DNA of 64,000 nucleotides from Antedon mediterranea (lineage: Eukaryota; Animalia; Echinodermata): positions 9,672,001-9,736,000 of the forward strand of contig NC_092680.1 of the NCBI RefSeq assembly GCF_964355755.1. Reading direction: 5' to 3'. Below are positions 25,152-40,100 of the stretch, piece by piece (position 1 is the stretch's first letter; each line of letters opens with the position of its first letter). Position numbers and translations under genes: made by a program. The notes under the pieces were generated by a model, which was not told the DNA's origin, did not search any database, and saw only the letters and a program-made list of their open reading frames with translations.

Positions 25152-28100
25152 CTGAAAGATAAAGTTAAAATAAATTGTATGTATTAAATATATACATCAA
25201 ATGTAGTTTGGTAATAATTAAGAAGTACAAACATTGAATAAAATAAGAAATACTGTTGCTACATTTGTTGATTATTGTTTTTTGTGCTTGCAACTAAAAT
25301 GTTAATTGGCGGAAGATAATTGTTTTCGAACAGATTTTAAAAACTTAATTATAATTTGAATTTTTTGATTCCAACATTTTTCTTTTATGTATAGTGATTT
25401 ATTATGCTTGCCAAAAATATGACTGAACATTATACGGCTTGGCCTTCTTCTAAGCAGGCCTAATCCTCTTGATTAATTTATTTTGCCATCTATTATTAGG
25501 AATAAATACCTTCCCAGTAAGCCTCCTGACTGGCTATAGAACTTATTGAAATCTAGTCGCAACATAAATTGACTTAGATGTGGACTTGTTTGATGACTAC
25601 GCACACCACTTAAAATCTTGAATAATAGTGAAGATTGACGATTAAAACCCTTTAAAAAACCAAAAATATAATATGTTTAATTCATAAAAAAACTTTAAAA
25701 TTATGATATAGCCTATTTTAGAGGCTCTGTGTCTGTATTCACCATTCTCACTTTGGCGATTAATTAATTAATTAATTTATTTTTTTTATTTTTTATATTT
25801 ATTCGACTTCTCACTAACTCAGTTAGTGAAGGATCTGGACCAAAAGGTGGTAAACACCTCTAAAACGGTCCAGTCCCAATTTGCACAGTGGCTGTGTTTG
25901 TGTGGACTAGTACACCGGGGTAACCCCCTACACGTCTCGAAAGATGTACTAGGTTCTTTAAAGTGCGCATGAGCTATGTGTACACTGGACCTACGGTTTA
26001 TAGTCCTTATCCGAGAAGACTCGTTCTACCACCAGAACCATGGAGCGAGTGAGCCTCGAACCCTTGCCGATGTTATGGCTACGTAATTACGGTTCCACTG
26101 TCTTAACCGCTCGGCCACTCACTCGCGATTAAGGAAAACACCCTGAAAATTTGAATTCTCCTATCTAGGTAACGGCCACATTGTCATTTCAAAATATAAT
26201 TATTGTGTGTAACCCCATTGATTATACTTATAATACTTTATTTTTTATAATTGGTGTAGTTGAACCGGCACTAAAAAAAAGCCCAATAAATCTATGTTGA
26301 TTTAAGAAAACAAAATTGTAGATTTAATATTTTTATCCAGGATATAAAATATGATCTAGTTAATTATAAAAACTAGAATGACACTCCAAGAGTGCATACC
26401 TCCGCCTACTGTAAAATTCTCCTACATATAGTTGGGAAGCCAGGAAGGGTTTACCTGCAACCTCCATCAAATTATGTAACAATTTTTTTTGCTTCCTTAT
26501 ATCAATACAAATCAATTTTTTGCTGTTGGCCAAAAAATAAATTGGGATACTTGGTCAGTAAAGCGGCTAAAAGGTCAATATGGTCAACTACTACTAACTA
26601 CTGGGTGTATTGGAATATATTTTGTGACAAACTATTTAGAAGACCCATATTTCTATTCACTGTAATGGGAAACTTTTCCTAAAGTGGACAGAAACCCCTT
26701 TTCTGACCACTGGTCAAGAAATTGGCCATATGAATATCTCAGCAACCACTGGTCGGAAAGTGGTCTCAAATTACTCGCAAAGTATACAGTATATTTATTT
26801 TCTGAATTTCTTAATTCTTTAACAGTAACACTAATGTTATTGATTTGTACTATATACGTTTAATTAATGGAGGCCGTCTCCACACTGCCCAAATCATCAT
26901 GCTATAATACCAAATTTTACAAAATTTACCCAGTTTTATTCGATCTTGCTTGTGTTTATAATGTTGAAATCTAAAGACAAGTCAAAGTAAACCATACTAT
27001 GACTATTTTATAATATTTCTAATGGACATTATTGTTATCTAATCGTCCTCCTTTTTGTTAGATTTACTAATAATTTAAGAAGCATCCTATCCTAAATATA
27101 GGTTTGTGAAAAAAGATTACTATATGCAACTAATTTACATATTTTTGTTTGTTTGTACTAAAAAGATTCAATATGACTAAGTATGTTGCATAAAACAGCT
27201 TATTGTAATGGAGGAAACACTGGAACATCTGACCAAAACAAACCTAAGTTCTTCTAGAATTGCTAAATTATTAATATTTCATTTTAATTAATTCACATGT
27301 AGTATGATGCTTAAGGTTTACTGTGCATTTTTAAACATGGAAGAGTTGTTGGTTCTTAAATAGTATTAGTTATAAATTATTATAAGTTAGTGATTCCAAC
27401 AAAAAGGATGAGTAAATAAACAATATTCTTCTTTATAACATAATTATAGTCATATGTCTACATTTACTTTATTCGTTTTTATTGTTCAACTATGGTTTAA
27501 AAATATGTAACAGTATGTAGTATAGCAATTTTCATTCATTTACCGGAGTTCATAAACAGTTAAACAGTGATTAGTTTCCAATTGTAATTATAATACTAAA
27601 TACAGTACAAGATTTAATTCGACCCTATGACGAATTATAGGTTATATGCATTGATTTAAATAAGGATCATTTATTTTTAAAAGATATATTGATTTTGTCA
27701 TATTTAATTATAATATATAAAAGATAGGATCTTGGTAGCGCGAAAACGTCAGCCAGTATTATAACACATCGAGTCACTTGAATAAAAACAACCCGATCTT
27801 TAATTATAATTAATGTATACACTAAGAAATAAAATTTAACAAACAATACGGATATAAAAAAAAATCGTCTTTCGTTTCCCAAAGTGAGACTCAATCTTGG
27901 TACCTTAAATGCTATAGACACGAGCACAGACCATTCGCAAATGACTAATAGTTGAAGAAAGATTCTTCCGTGTATTTACCACTTTGGTGCAGATAGATTA
28001 ATTTTGTACTATTACTTAGTATGAACTCAATCTTCAGGTGCTTGGCTCTGAATGATAGTCATAAGTGAATACAAAAAGCTATAATGAAGTTGTAAGGCAA

Positions 28101-31100
28101 ACTGTTAATGTGAACAATAGTATGCTAATTAGCAAGTACAACAAATCTCTATTTCCTGGACAGTCTATTGTAAACCGAATTCCTATTATCTAAATTACTG
28201 ATACCTTAATAGAAACTTTCTCCTATGTCTACATGCACTGACTAATTCGTTCCTATGGTTAAGTGAGCTGGTTTCAGGTTTGCATATAACGTAATACTAG
28301 CATTGGAATATGGTTTACACTTCTTTATTATTCGCCATTTAATGTTATACTTTATGTTATCATCTTTTAGCTTCCAGATGTACTGGCTAAGTGTTGTGCT
28401 GTTTTTGTATTTAACATTACGGAATGAACTATTGTGTGCGTTATAATTATATCTGCATTTTAAAATGTTTTCAGTTAGTCCGACATATGTTTCAACTTTA
28501 TTATCACCATCTGTTGTTACTGTAGCCTGATAAACAACACCACTGGTTAGGCATTTCCGATCAATGGGCATTCATTTCGGCAGTTACATTGCTTGATGTT
28601 ATCACAGGGCATATCATTACGTAATACATTTTTGTTGTGGGCCGATATTATACACCCTATATTAGGCATACAACTATATCTGATTTTAATGGTGTTTCTA
28701 TTAAATATTTTTCGTAGCTCATGGTTATGTGGAAAACATTCATCTGCAGTCTTTAAAGAACTCGTGCCCTATTTTGGTTTTCACGTTGGCACTGTAAGGC
28801 GGGTTGAACCAGACGATATTTCTTTTCCTTGTCTTTTTCATGTTGTTTTGACCGCGCTGGTATTGGTCGGGTTGTACTTCAGATTGTGGTCGTATCCACT
28901 TTCATACAAGGCTTCTTGGTACGGTTTCTTTGATTCATTGAAAACAGTTTCATTCAAAGAAATGTTTGATAATCTTTTGTTTATGCCTTCAGGAATGTAA
29001 ATAAAATGAAAAATAAGGTTTCCTGAGCATTCTGACGATCTATATTTATTTTAAAATGTAGTATATTTTCACCATTTTGTTAACTTACACGTGTCACTTT
29101 TAACGTGCTCGTATAACATGTTTTCAAGTTGAAAAGTGAATAAAATATGATGAAATTGCTAAAGAAAGGTTGTAAAACAGAAATCGGGCAGGAAGAGCAC
29201 ATTATAGTTTAACTCGCAGTACACCTGCAAAATTCTGCGCACTTATGGCAATTTTTAAACGTACTTTAATTTTATCGAAAATCTATTTTGACAATTTTGA
29301 AAATATTAAGCGCGGTTACAGTAAGCATGCGTTAAATGCGTTACGCACTTAATTGTATTGCCATATGATTACAGTACACATGCGTTATATGGGTTACGCA
29401 CTTAATTGTATTTCCATATGATAACAGTACGCATGCATTATATGCGTTATGCACTTAATTGTATTGCCATATGATTACAGTACGCATGCATTATATGCGT
29501 TATGCACTTAATTGTATTGCCATATGATTACAGTAAGCATGCATTATATGCGTTACGCACTTAATTGTATTGCCATATGATTACAGTTATATGCGTTTAT
29601 GTACTTAATTGTATTGCCATATGATTACAGTAAGCATGCGTTATATGGGTTACGCACTTAATTGTATTGCCATATGATTACAGTACGCATGCGATATATG
29701 GGTTACGCACTTAATTGTATTGCCATATGATTACAGTACGCATGCGTTACGCACTTAATTGTATTGCCATATGATTACAGTACGCATGCGTTATATGTGT
29801 TACGCACTTAATTGTATTGCCATATGATTACAGTATGCATGCGTTATATGGGTTACGCACTTAATTGTATTGCCATATGATTACAGTACGCATGCGTTAT
29901 ATGGGTTACGCTGTTACTGCAGAGTGCATGTATTTATTTTATATTACTTTAGTTCCTATTATTCTAGTAGTTTCTGCCCTATGAATATTCATTTATTCTG
30001 TTACTTTCTTATTTGCATTCTCATTTACATATTATTTGCCAAGTGTGCACAGTGTGCTGTTTCTCCTTTGTTTTCCTTTGTCCTAATTTTCTTTTGTTCT
30101 GTTCAATTGTTGTTTGCCTGTGCAAGGGTACAGGTCTGTGCAAGTGCATAAGCAGCCATTATTTTTCTTTTACCAGCTCTCTTATTACTATTGGATATTT
30201 CTGGGATTTTACTTTGTTTTGGAATTACTTTGCAAATGTTGACATAATTGTGGATGGTGCATATTAAAGGAAGTTGCTTTAAACATTAATTTTACTCTTT
30301 TAATTTCTGTATGTTGTGAGAGCAGCGTACATTAAAACAAGGAATCAACAGCTCCAATTAAATACGCACTTAATTGTATTGCCATATGATTACAGTACGC
30401 ATGCGTTATATGGGTTACGCACTTAATTGTATTGCCATATGATTACAGTACGCATGCGATATATGGGTTACGCACTTAATTGTATTGCCATATGATTACA
30501 GTAAGCATGCGTTATATGCGTTACGCACTTAATTGTATTGCCATATAATTACAGTCCGCATGCGTTATATGCGTTACGTACTTAATTGTATTGCCATATG
30601 ATTACAGTACGCATGCATTATATGCGTTATGCACTTAATTGTATTGCTATATGATTACAGTAAGCATGCGTTATATGCGTTTACGCACTTAATTGTATTG
30701 CCATATGATTACAGTACACATGCGTTATATGGGTTACGCACTTAAATTGTATTGCCATATGATTACAGTAAGCATGCGTTATATGCGTTACGCACTTAAT
30801 TGTATTGCCAGAGGATTACAGTACGCATGCGTTATATGCGTTACGCACTTAATTGTATTGCCATATAATTACAGTACGCATGCGATATATGGGTTACGAA
30901 CTTAATTGTATTGCCATATGATTACAGTACGCATGCGTTATATGGGTTTCGCACTTAATTGTATTGCCATATGATTACAGTATGCATGCGATATATGGGT
31001 TACGCACTTAATTGTATTGCCATATGATTAGAGTAAGCATGCGTTATATGGGTTACGCACTTAATTGTATTGCCATATAATTACAGTACGCACTTAATTG

Positions 31101-34100
31101 TATTGCCATATGATCAAATATTACCTGAAATTCATGAGTACCAAATTTGATTTAATTATGATACATATTTGAGAAGATATGAGTACAATACAAACATGAT
31201 TTCTTTAAATCGCACGTAGAGTGCGTAGATTGCGCATCGTAAAATGATAATCACATCGATTCCTGGCCATAAGGAATATTCTCTGAAAAATTAACGTAGC
31301 TAGATAAAATTGATCTCAAGATAATAAATAAGGTTATATGCATGATGATGCATATAACCTAATTAATAATAATCTTGGTGGTGAGAGATTTAACTGTGAT
31401 GTTTTTTATTAGAATGAATAGAATTATGTATTACTGAGGACTTCCAATACAAAGTATCCATTTATACTGTACCATACTCACACAACAGTCACTGAGAATG
31501 AGATATAATAAAAAATGAAAAATAAAGGGTAAAGTAAATATAAACATAGAGACCAAGGTGCTAAATATTTGTATGCCCATTTTCTTGACCAGTGGTTAAC
31601 TTTTGGCACTTGTTTATTAGAGTGATATCAATACAAGTGTTTTTTTATATGAAGCACGGCAATATTCCCCTAAGCTATTGTAAATGTGCAGACAAAAATG
31701 TTTTTACCAGCTATAGGTTCTCAAAACAAGGTGTTTTTTAACATTTTGATCTATTGTATTAGAGCAATATAAATATATAATGTACTTTGCGAGTAATTTG
31801 GGACGACAATTATCACTTTCCGACGAGTGGTTGCTGAGATATTCATATGGCCAATTTCTTGACCAGTAGTCAAAAAGGGTTTCCGTCCTCTTTTGGCAAA
31901 AGTTTATCATTAGAGTGAATAGAAATATGTCTTCCAATACACTCAGTAGTTAATAAGTTACGCAAAGTCTTAACTTTGACCATATTGACCGCTTTTAGCT
32001 GCTGTACTGACCAAGTATCCTAATTTTTTTTTCCACCAACAGCAACAAATTGATTTGTATTGATATAAGGAAGCAAAAAACAGGTAGGTAAATCCTTTCT
32101 GGCTCCCCATAAAAATTGTTGTGTGTGTGATTAGGCTTATTTACTACAACCATGTGTATGCAAATTTGGTGTAACTATGGTCATAGTTATGTAACCAGCC
32201 TTTCAACTAACAATAGTTTCAGTTGACTAACAATAGAACAGCAACGCCAAAAAAAACCTTTTAAAACCTGTACATTAAATCAAATTATGTTTTAAATATA
32301 CAAATCACAAATTATAACTCTTGCCTCTTGTACAAAAATGAAGTTTTTTGTATAAGTAGTTTTTCGAAAAAATGCAATTTCAGTTTACTTGTTACTTTGA
32401 GACTGCTCGTTGTCTTTTGAAAATTGTCTCCTATCTTTTAACACTAGCAAGTCTTAAAATAATATTTAAAAAATTGTCCAATGGAGTCATCCGTTGCAAC
32501 ATATCTATCTATTTTTTCATTTTAGTAAAGAGCTTGAAATTATTTTTTCAGTAATCCTGCTAACAAACAGACAAACACACGCGATCGAATACATATACTG
32601 TACCTCCTTGCAGAGGTAAATTATATATTATAGAGCGAAACCTTACCACTAAGCAAACTGCAAGAGAAATCTACTTTATACAAAATTTTAAACAAGCAAC
32701 TGCTTTGTCAAGCACTTCATTTTAGCATAAAACAGGATTTGAAACAATGAAATTATGAACATATTTTGATGAACTACTAACCTGTGCAATTCTTTCCATG
32801 TATGATATTTCACGTGCTGTCATGGTTACAGTTTGCATCAACAAAGTGCAAAATGAGTGGCATATGTCCAGTATCTCATTGAGACAATGACGAACCTACA
32901 ACAAATATGAAATCAAAGTGATAAAGAAATATGTGTATACTTTCAATAAATCTGTTTTAGATAACACTAGCTTTAAAATTAGGCCTACACTAAATAAACC
33001 CAAATATTGTCAGAGCTCAATTTACAGTAGAACCTCTTGTTTGAAACACCTCTGTTCAACATCCCTATTAAGGAGACTCTCCCATGAAATGGACTATGAA
33101 AAAAATACAGGGAAAATTTCACTACGCCCGACCCCAATTCAAGGGACACCTTACTAATATAGTGTACACTTTAATGAACAAGTGGACATATTTGAAAAAA
33201 AATATAGGGAAAATTTCACTACAGCCAAGCCCTATTCAAGGGACACCATATTAAGGGTACACTTTAATGAACAATGGAACATATTTGAAAAAAATATAAG
33301 GGAAGCCCTATTCAAAGGACACCCCTATTAAGGAACACTTTGTTGGGTCTCAAAGATTGTACTGTATACAATTTGAAATAAATATGTTTACTACTTACTG
33401 GTTTCATAAGTAGAAAAGACTGTGCCATGAGTGAGGCGAGGAACTGGTCGTGAGCAAAGCGAACTTCTTCAAAATCACGAGTTGACTGAATTTTTTGTAT
33501 CAATCCAGAAAACTGACTTTCAAGAACATCAACCTAGTTAAGTTTGTAAAAATCTATTTGAATTGAAAACCAATAAAGTCAACTAACTATAAGCTTCCAG
33601 TTTTTCCTGAAAAATGTTTTTCTAATGTATTATTTTATCATGCGAAAGGATTTTGGCTCGGACCCTTCACCTGCACCCAATCACTGTATAGCTTTATTAT
33701 GAGGTGCATGGGGATCAACCTTCCAAAAGGCTTGAGAAAGGTTATAAAAGTATATACAGAATATTCAAAATTCACTATTACATTGTATTAGAGATGATTT
33801 GAACCAATAACTCTGAAATAGATAAGGAAGTATGTCAAGCACCAAGCCACAGTGCCAGCCTGGACAGATCATACTATGTGTGATGAGCTTTGAAACTTTA
33901 TTCACTTGCCATGTATTTGAGTACAGTCTAAAATAGTTTTATTTGCAATAATGTATCAGATATTATGTAATCATGATTTCTATACCTGTAAATAATACTG
34001 TAGGTTGTCTAGTAAAAATGCCATGTTGTTGCGAAGACGCCATTTACTTGAATCCCAGCGGCCTGTCAGATGATGTTTCTGTTGCATCTGTGTGGCCCAA

Positions 34101-37100
34101 CATTGTTGAAGTTCTAGTTGAACTCGCTTCACATTCAATAGGAACTTAAACACAGTATTATATCTAAAGAGAACCATACTGAAGATTATTTGTAAATATA
34201 TTACATTTGTTTTTTAATCTTCAATTGTATAATAAACCTTCTTTCTAAGGTATTTTTTATTAGGCTATATGCTTTATCATGCATATAACCTCTTGATTCT
34301 GTCAGAATATTTATTTATTCTTTCCTTAGCACTATTTTGTCCGTCAATTATCTTGATATCAGTTTCATCTAGCTAAGGCAATTTTTCAGAGTATATTCCT
34401 TATGGCCAGGAATCGATGTGGTTATGTTTTCACGGTGCACAATACAAAATTACGCGGGATTTAACGAAATCACGTTTGTAATCATATCTTCACAAGCATG
34501 AATCACAATTAAAAAAAAATTTGGTGCTCATAAATTTCAGGTCATATTTCATCATATGGCAATACAATTACCTGCGTAGCGCATATAACGCATGCGTACG
34601 CACGCCTAAAATTTTCAAAATTGTCACAATTTATTTTCGATGAAATTAGAGTAAGTTTCAGGCAATTTTAAGCATTTAAAAAATTGCCATGAGTGCACAG
34701 ATTTTTGCGCGAGCACTGCGCGTTAAACGTTAATGCGCACTATTTTTGTCCGATTTCTGTTGTACAACCTTTCTTTAACAATATCATCATATTTTATTCA
34801 CTTTTCAACGCTAAATTGCGTTATACCAGCACGTCAAAAGTGACAGGCTACGCACGTGTAAGTTAAAAAAAGGGTGAAAATATGCTAAATTTTAAAATTA
34901 ATATACATCGTTAGAATGCTCGGGAACACCTATTTTTTATTTCATTTTCTTGAAGTGTATGTATCATATGTATGATTTATTATGAAATTAAGAGAACAAA
35001 AGTTGATTAAGTCATCATTAATGGCATATTAAATTTTAAAAAATTAATTTCGACAATCAAACAAATTATAACATTTTCTTAGGCCGAAATAACAAACTTA
35101 ACATTAACTTAAAGATGTATTGTCCCTTGAGACACAACAAATGAAGGTCAAAATATTCTAAATTTAAATTGGCCATATCAAAGTAATATTAAAGTTATTC
35201 TCTTTAAGTTGAAAATTCGAGCCAAAAACAACAAGTTTACGTAATTAACAGGTAAATTAATTTTATTACATTTCGTCTGGAAAATCGTCGCAAGCGAAAG
35301 TAAACAAAGATTTCAAACCACGAGTATGCATTATGCATGATGCTAATTAGGATTGTTTACAACTCGTCACTGTTGAGAAGGTGTTTTCACACAGATCGTG
35401 AGGAAGTTTTATAATTATGCATACAGAGTAGCCAAACAAGCGCGTTGCATTATGAGATATGTTTTGATCGAAAACTTTGACTGGAAGTCAAAGTTATTTT
35501 TTGAACAAAAAAACGTCTGCATTTCAGTTAAATGATTTTTTTTTCGACTAATTTTTGGTGGAAGTTAGTAACTATTATGATACTTCAAAATGACCCACCT
35601 TTTTTCGAAATATTAAAAAAAAATGTTTTTGGAAATTAGTCAAAGGGACAATACATCTTTAAAGTTAAAAGTATATAGTTTGACAGTGCATTATTTTTTA
35701 AAATTTTTAAAGATGTCATCATAGTAAAACATTATAATTCATTGCGGTATGTAATAATCTATCTGCACCAAAGTGGTTACTGCATAGTAAATAGACGGAG
35801 GAATCTTTCCATAACTTTTAGTCAGTTGTGTATGGCTCGGTGGTCTTTGCTCGTGTCTATAGCATTCAAGGTACCGAGTTTGAGTCTCACCTTGGGAAAC
35901 GAAACGAAATGAGATCTTTTTTTATTATCCGTATTGTTTGTTCAATTGTATTTCTTAGTGTATAGATTATACACATGATTTATAATGAAATCTAGATAAC
36001 AACACAAATGTGGTTTATGACATTATATACACAGAAGGATCTTTGATCGGATTATGATATCGGCTATTGTATTTGCGTTAGCAAGATCCCATCATATATA
36101 TTATAAATAACTAAAAAGATTCTGAGAAAATCAATCAATCAATATATCTTAAATCAATCAATTATCTTTATTTAAATCAATGCATATAACCTATAAATCG
36201 TCAGAATTAAATCTAGTTATATGGTAGTAACACTAATTTGGTCATTAAAACACTGGTACACAGGTGCTTGTTCTTCAGGATTATGCAGGAAATGTGAAAG
36301 GAGTATACAAGTGTGCTGCTTCTCTATGAGGTGGTAAAAGAAATATACATTATTATTTATACTTACTTATCCAATACACTTTGAGTAAATAGAATGTGTA
36401 GTGGCCATTGGACAGAGAAAGACATTCCCAGTGATGCCCAACCAGTTGTCTGTGCTGCTATCTCAGGCTCTGAAAAATGCAAACACTTCTTACAAAAATT
36501 TCATCCACTACATTTACATTGTACCCAAAGGTATAGTCTAGGTTTTAGACAGCAATTCGGCTAAATTATGAAAAAAAAAAACATTTTGGCACACAGACCG
36601 TGCCATACTTGCTGGAACTACAGCAGTTATGGACAAAAATCAAAACATTGAAATACTATAAAAGGTACTTTACAACTTACTTTTGCCGGTTGTTTTCGTT
36701 TGAGCTTTTGTTACAGTGAGTTTAAACATTGAGAATGCCTCATCTTCCATGAGTACTTTATGCGCTGCTTGCTTGAATGCAGAATTTATATCTTACAAAA
36801 AACACATTTAAAAAATAAAATTTAAAGTATGATAAAATATTGATTAATTTAATACATAAAATAAAAAAGGCAATATAGATGGGTATATAGTGGTATATAT
36901 TATATATAGACTATAATATATTACAAATTATGCTATGTAAACAGTTAGTCTTATGAATATGCAAAAGCACACCAAGAATAATCCTATCTTGTGACATAAA
37001 TGATTTCACAAAAGAATATAGTTGAACCTCCGTGAACAGCCGCACTTTCAAAAGCCTGTTTGTTCCGTAAGCGGCCACGGCCACAATTAGATTTTGTGTA

Positions 37101-40100
37101 TCGTACATTACCTCCGGTAAGCGGCCACCAGAAAAATTAAATTGAGTTATTAAGAATGTCAAAAAATATTGAGCATAGCCATAATACATGATTTTGGCCA
37201 TCTATCGATAGAACCACCTGTAAGCGGTCACCCTCGGGGCAAAAAGTGGCTGCATACTGCATTCAACTGTAGTTAAGAATTGTATTTACCATGTTCTGTT
37301 GTTGGTGTCGGGGGTGCCTTTAGCAAATTCTGACTCATATCAATGAACACTAAAAATAATTCACCCCTTCCTAGTAGGTAGAAATCTTTGATGGTGTTAA
37401 GCTGGCCAATAAGATCAGAATCTTCTATCACAAGTGTCCACAAGTGCTAGAAAAAAATTAAATCAGAATACACATTAATTTTTAAGAAATTTTTTTTAAA
37501 ATTTATATTGTTTAAATTATGAGCAGGTACTTAGTATTTCTGAAAGAACAATTGTAAATATATAAAATGTCTGGTTATATGAAGCATAACAAAAATATAC
37601 TTTCATTATTGAAATAGAAATATATTTTTCAAATAAATTGTGGTAAATCAACTACCATGTCTCTATTTTTTTACACTCCTACATACAACATTTACATATT
37701 TGTCTATATAATAATGTTTGGTATTTCATGTCAAATAATTTACCTGTGCTACACATCTTCGTATTTTATCGATACATTCCTCGAAAGCTGGAAGACTAAA
37801 CATTGACTGTTGTTGAAGTTTGTATAAATCAGTGGAAAACTCTTGTTCATGAGATTGCAGAATAGAACCTAAAAAAAATTGACAACACGTACAAAAAAAA
37901 ATGTTAAATTTTAGCTAGAATACACCAAAATTATGTATAAGAATCAAATGAAGAATAATTAACTTGAAAATATTTAAAAATGAATATGTCCTAGGTTGTA
38001 GCAAATTGGAAGATACCTCTATATTTAGATGCAGTTTTCTTTTTCTTATTCTCAAACATCTGCACAGCTTCTCCAACGAACAGAATCTTATCGGCCACTC
38101 TAGCAGGGATGTAACTTGGCAACATGGATAGATTAATAGCAAATGTCCATTGGCATGATTCACTTGAACTATCTTCTGATAATTTCTGATCAAGATAAAA
38201 TACATTATATTGTAAATGTTAAAGCTCAGGTACAGGCATGAATTTTAAATATAATATTTGGTTAATTGTACATAAATCAAATATTTGTAACAGAAATCAA
38301 GACGAAAAAACATGAATTTCCCTTAATATGGTCAAAAACTAAATTTGGCTAAATTCTCCCATAAAAATCAGGAAGACTTTTTTTCAGTAGTTAGGTTGTT
38401 AACCTAATGTAATAACATGTCTGGTGACTCCCTAGCAAGTGAAAAAAGATAGTGGATATACGGTGGATAATTTTTGCTATAGCATGAAAATAAAAATTTG
38501 AAGTTGAATAAAAATACCAGAAATGTAAAATTCAAGTTCTATTACCTATATTTATTCATCTGATAACAATTTTTACCACACCGTTTATTATTCATAGCTT
38601 TTTAAAATGCCTCTCTATTTACAAAATGTGTGTACAAAAGAATAGAGATTTTACTGTGTAATTTGCAACAAGCTCGTGTAACACAAATAAAATCCCAAAA
38701 ATTATGAAACATTGGGGAAACTATAGATCGATAATTATTGGAATGTATGCTCAATAGAAATTTTTTGCCCGCACCTGGCCTTTAAGGAAACTACAAATCA
38801 TAGAGGGCTCACTATAGTGAGTAATGCATCACACTAGATTGAATCTTGGGTTTAAGTGATATATGTGAATTAGTTTACTTAAGTTTTTATGTATGATTAG
38901 ATAGCAACTCATTTCAATCAAAACCAAGTATGGTGTACCACAGTAACAATTCTCAATAGTATAATACACACACAACAGAGATCAATCAATGTAATGATTA
39001 CAAAGAGATTTTTAAATGGTTACTTTACTTCTTGCAGTTGTTTGTCAGGAATATCTCCTGGTGATGTATCTTTACCCTTAGCCTCTGCCACAGCAGACTC
39101 CTCCTCAATTACTCTAGGAACCTGGTGTATGTACAACTCGTCATACTTGTCTAACAGCATACCATGTAAGAGCCATGCTGTAAGTTGTTTGTACATCACA
39201 CAGTGGCAGATCTGAGCAACTCTGTGTAATCAAATACAAATGCAATCATTAAGTACTTTTCACGCTGCTGCTCTAGCCAGCTACGTCCAATGAGTACTCA
39301 TTCAGATATAAACCAAGCAGCAGTTATAATATCAAAGACCGACAGTTTTGCGAATTTGTAAATTCGACTATAATTTTAAATAGATCCCAGCTGCTAGACC
39401 CAAAAAACGTCTGGGAAAAGAGAGTCTATGAGGGCTCACGGTTGAATAATTTGGATTCTTGCCCTTTGATTGGTTGACGCGAATCAACAGACTGAAAAGA
39501 ATTTCTCACTTTAAGTCACATTGTCTCTAGAGGGTATTCAGTTACATGCCTTGAGGTCCCACAAACACACACCACATTAAAGTTTAAAATTACACAAACC
39601 AACAGTGGTGTTGGTAGTCTATGAGTGCTGCTTACCTGGATAAACCGACAATATAGCCTCTCTCTCCGAAGAGAGGATACAATTTACGAAAAAGAAAAAT
39701 CCGTATATATAACATAGCACCCCTATCGGATAATGCACGCATCCGTAACCACGCCCTCAAGAGGGAGCCATCCAACGTAGTAGCGTCATCATTTCATGAG
39801 TACACTTGTCAGTGAGGACGGCGGGAGGGCGTTTATCCAGGTAAGTAGCACTCATAGACTACCAACACCACTGTTGGTTTGTGTAGTCTATTTCGTGCTT
39901 GCTTACCTGGATAAACCGACAATATAGCCAGTCTAGCACCGGACTAAACCTAGTCGGCGGCGGGCGACAAGTAAGTGAAGAATACGTACCTAAAGACGAG
40001 GCTTCAGAATTGAGGTCGCCACTGGTGCCTAGTTAGCGGATACATCCGATAGATAAAACGAAGTGAACGTTGATTGCGTCCGGCACCAAGCCGCCTTCAG

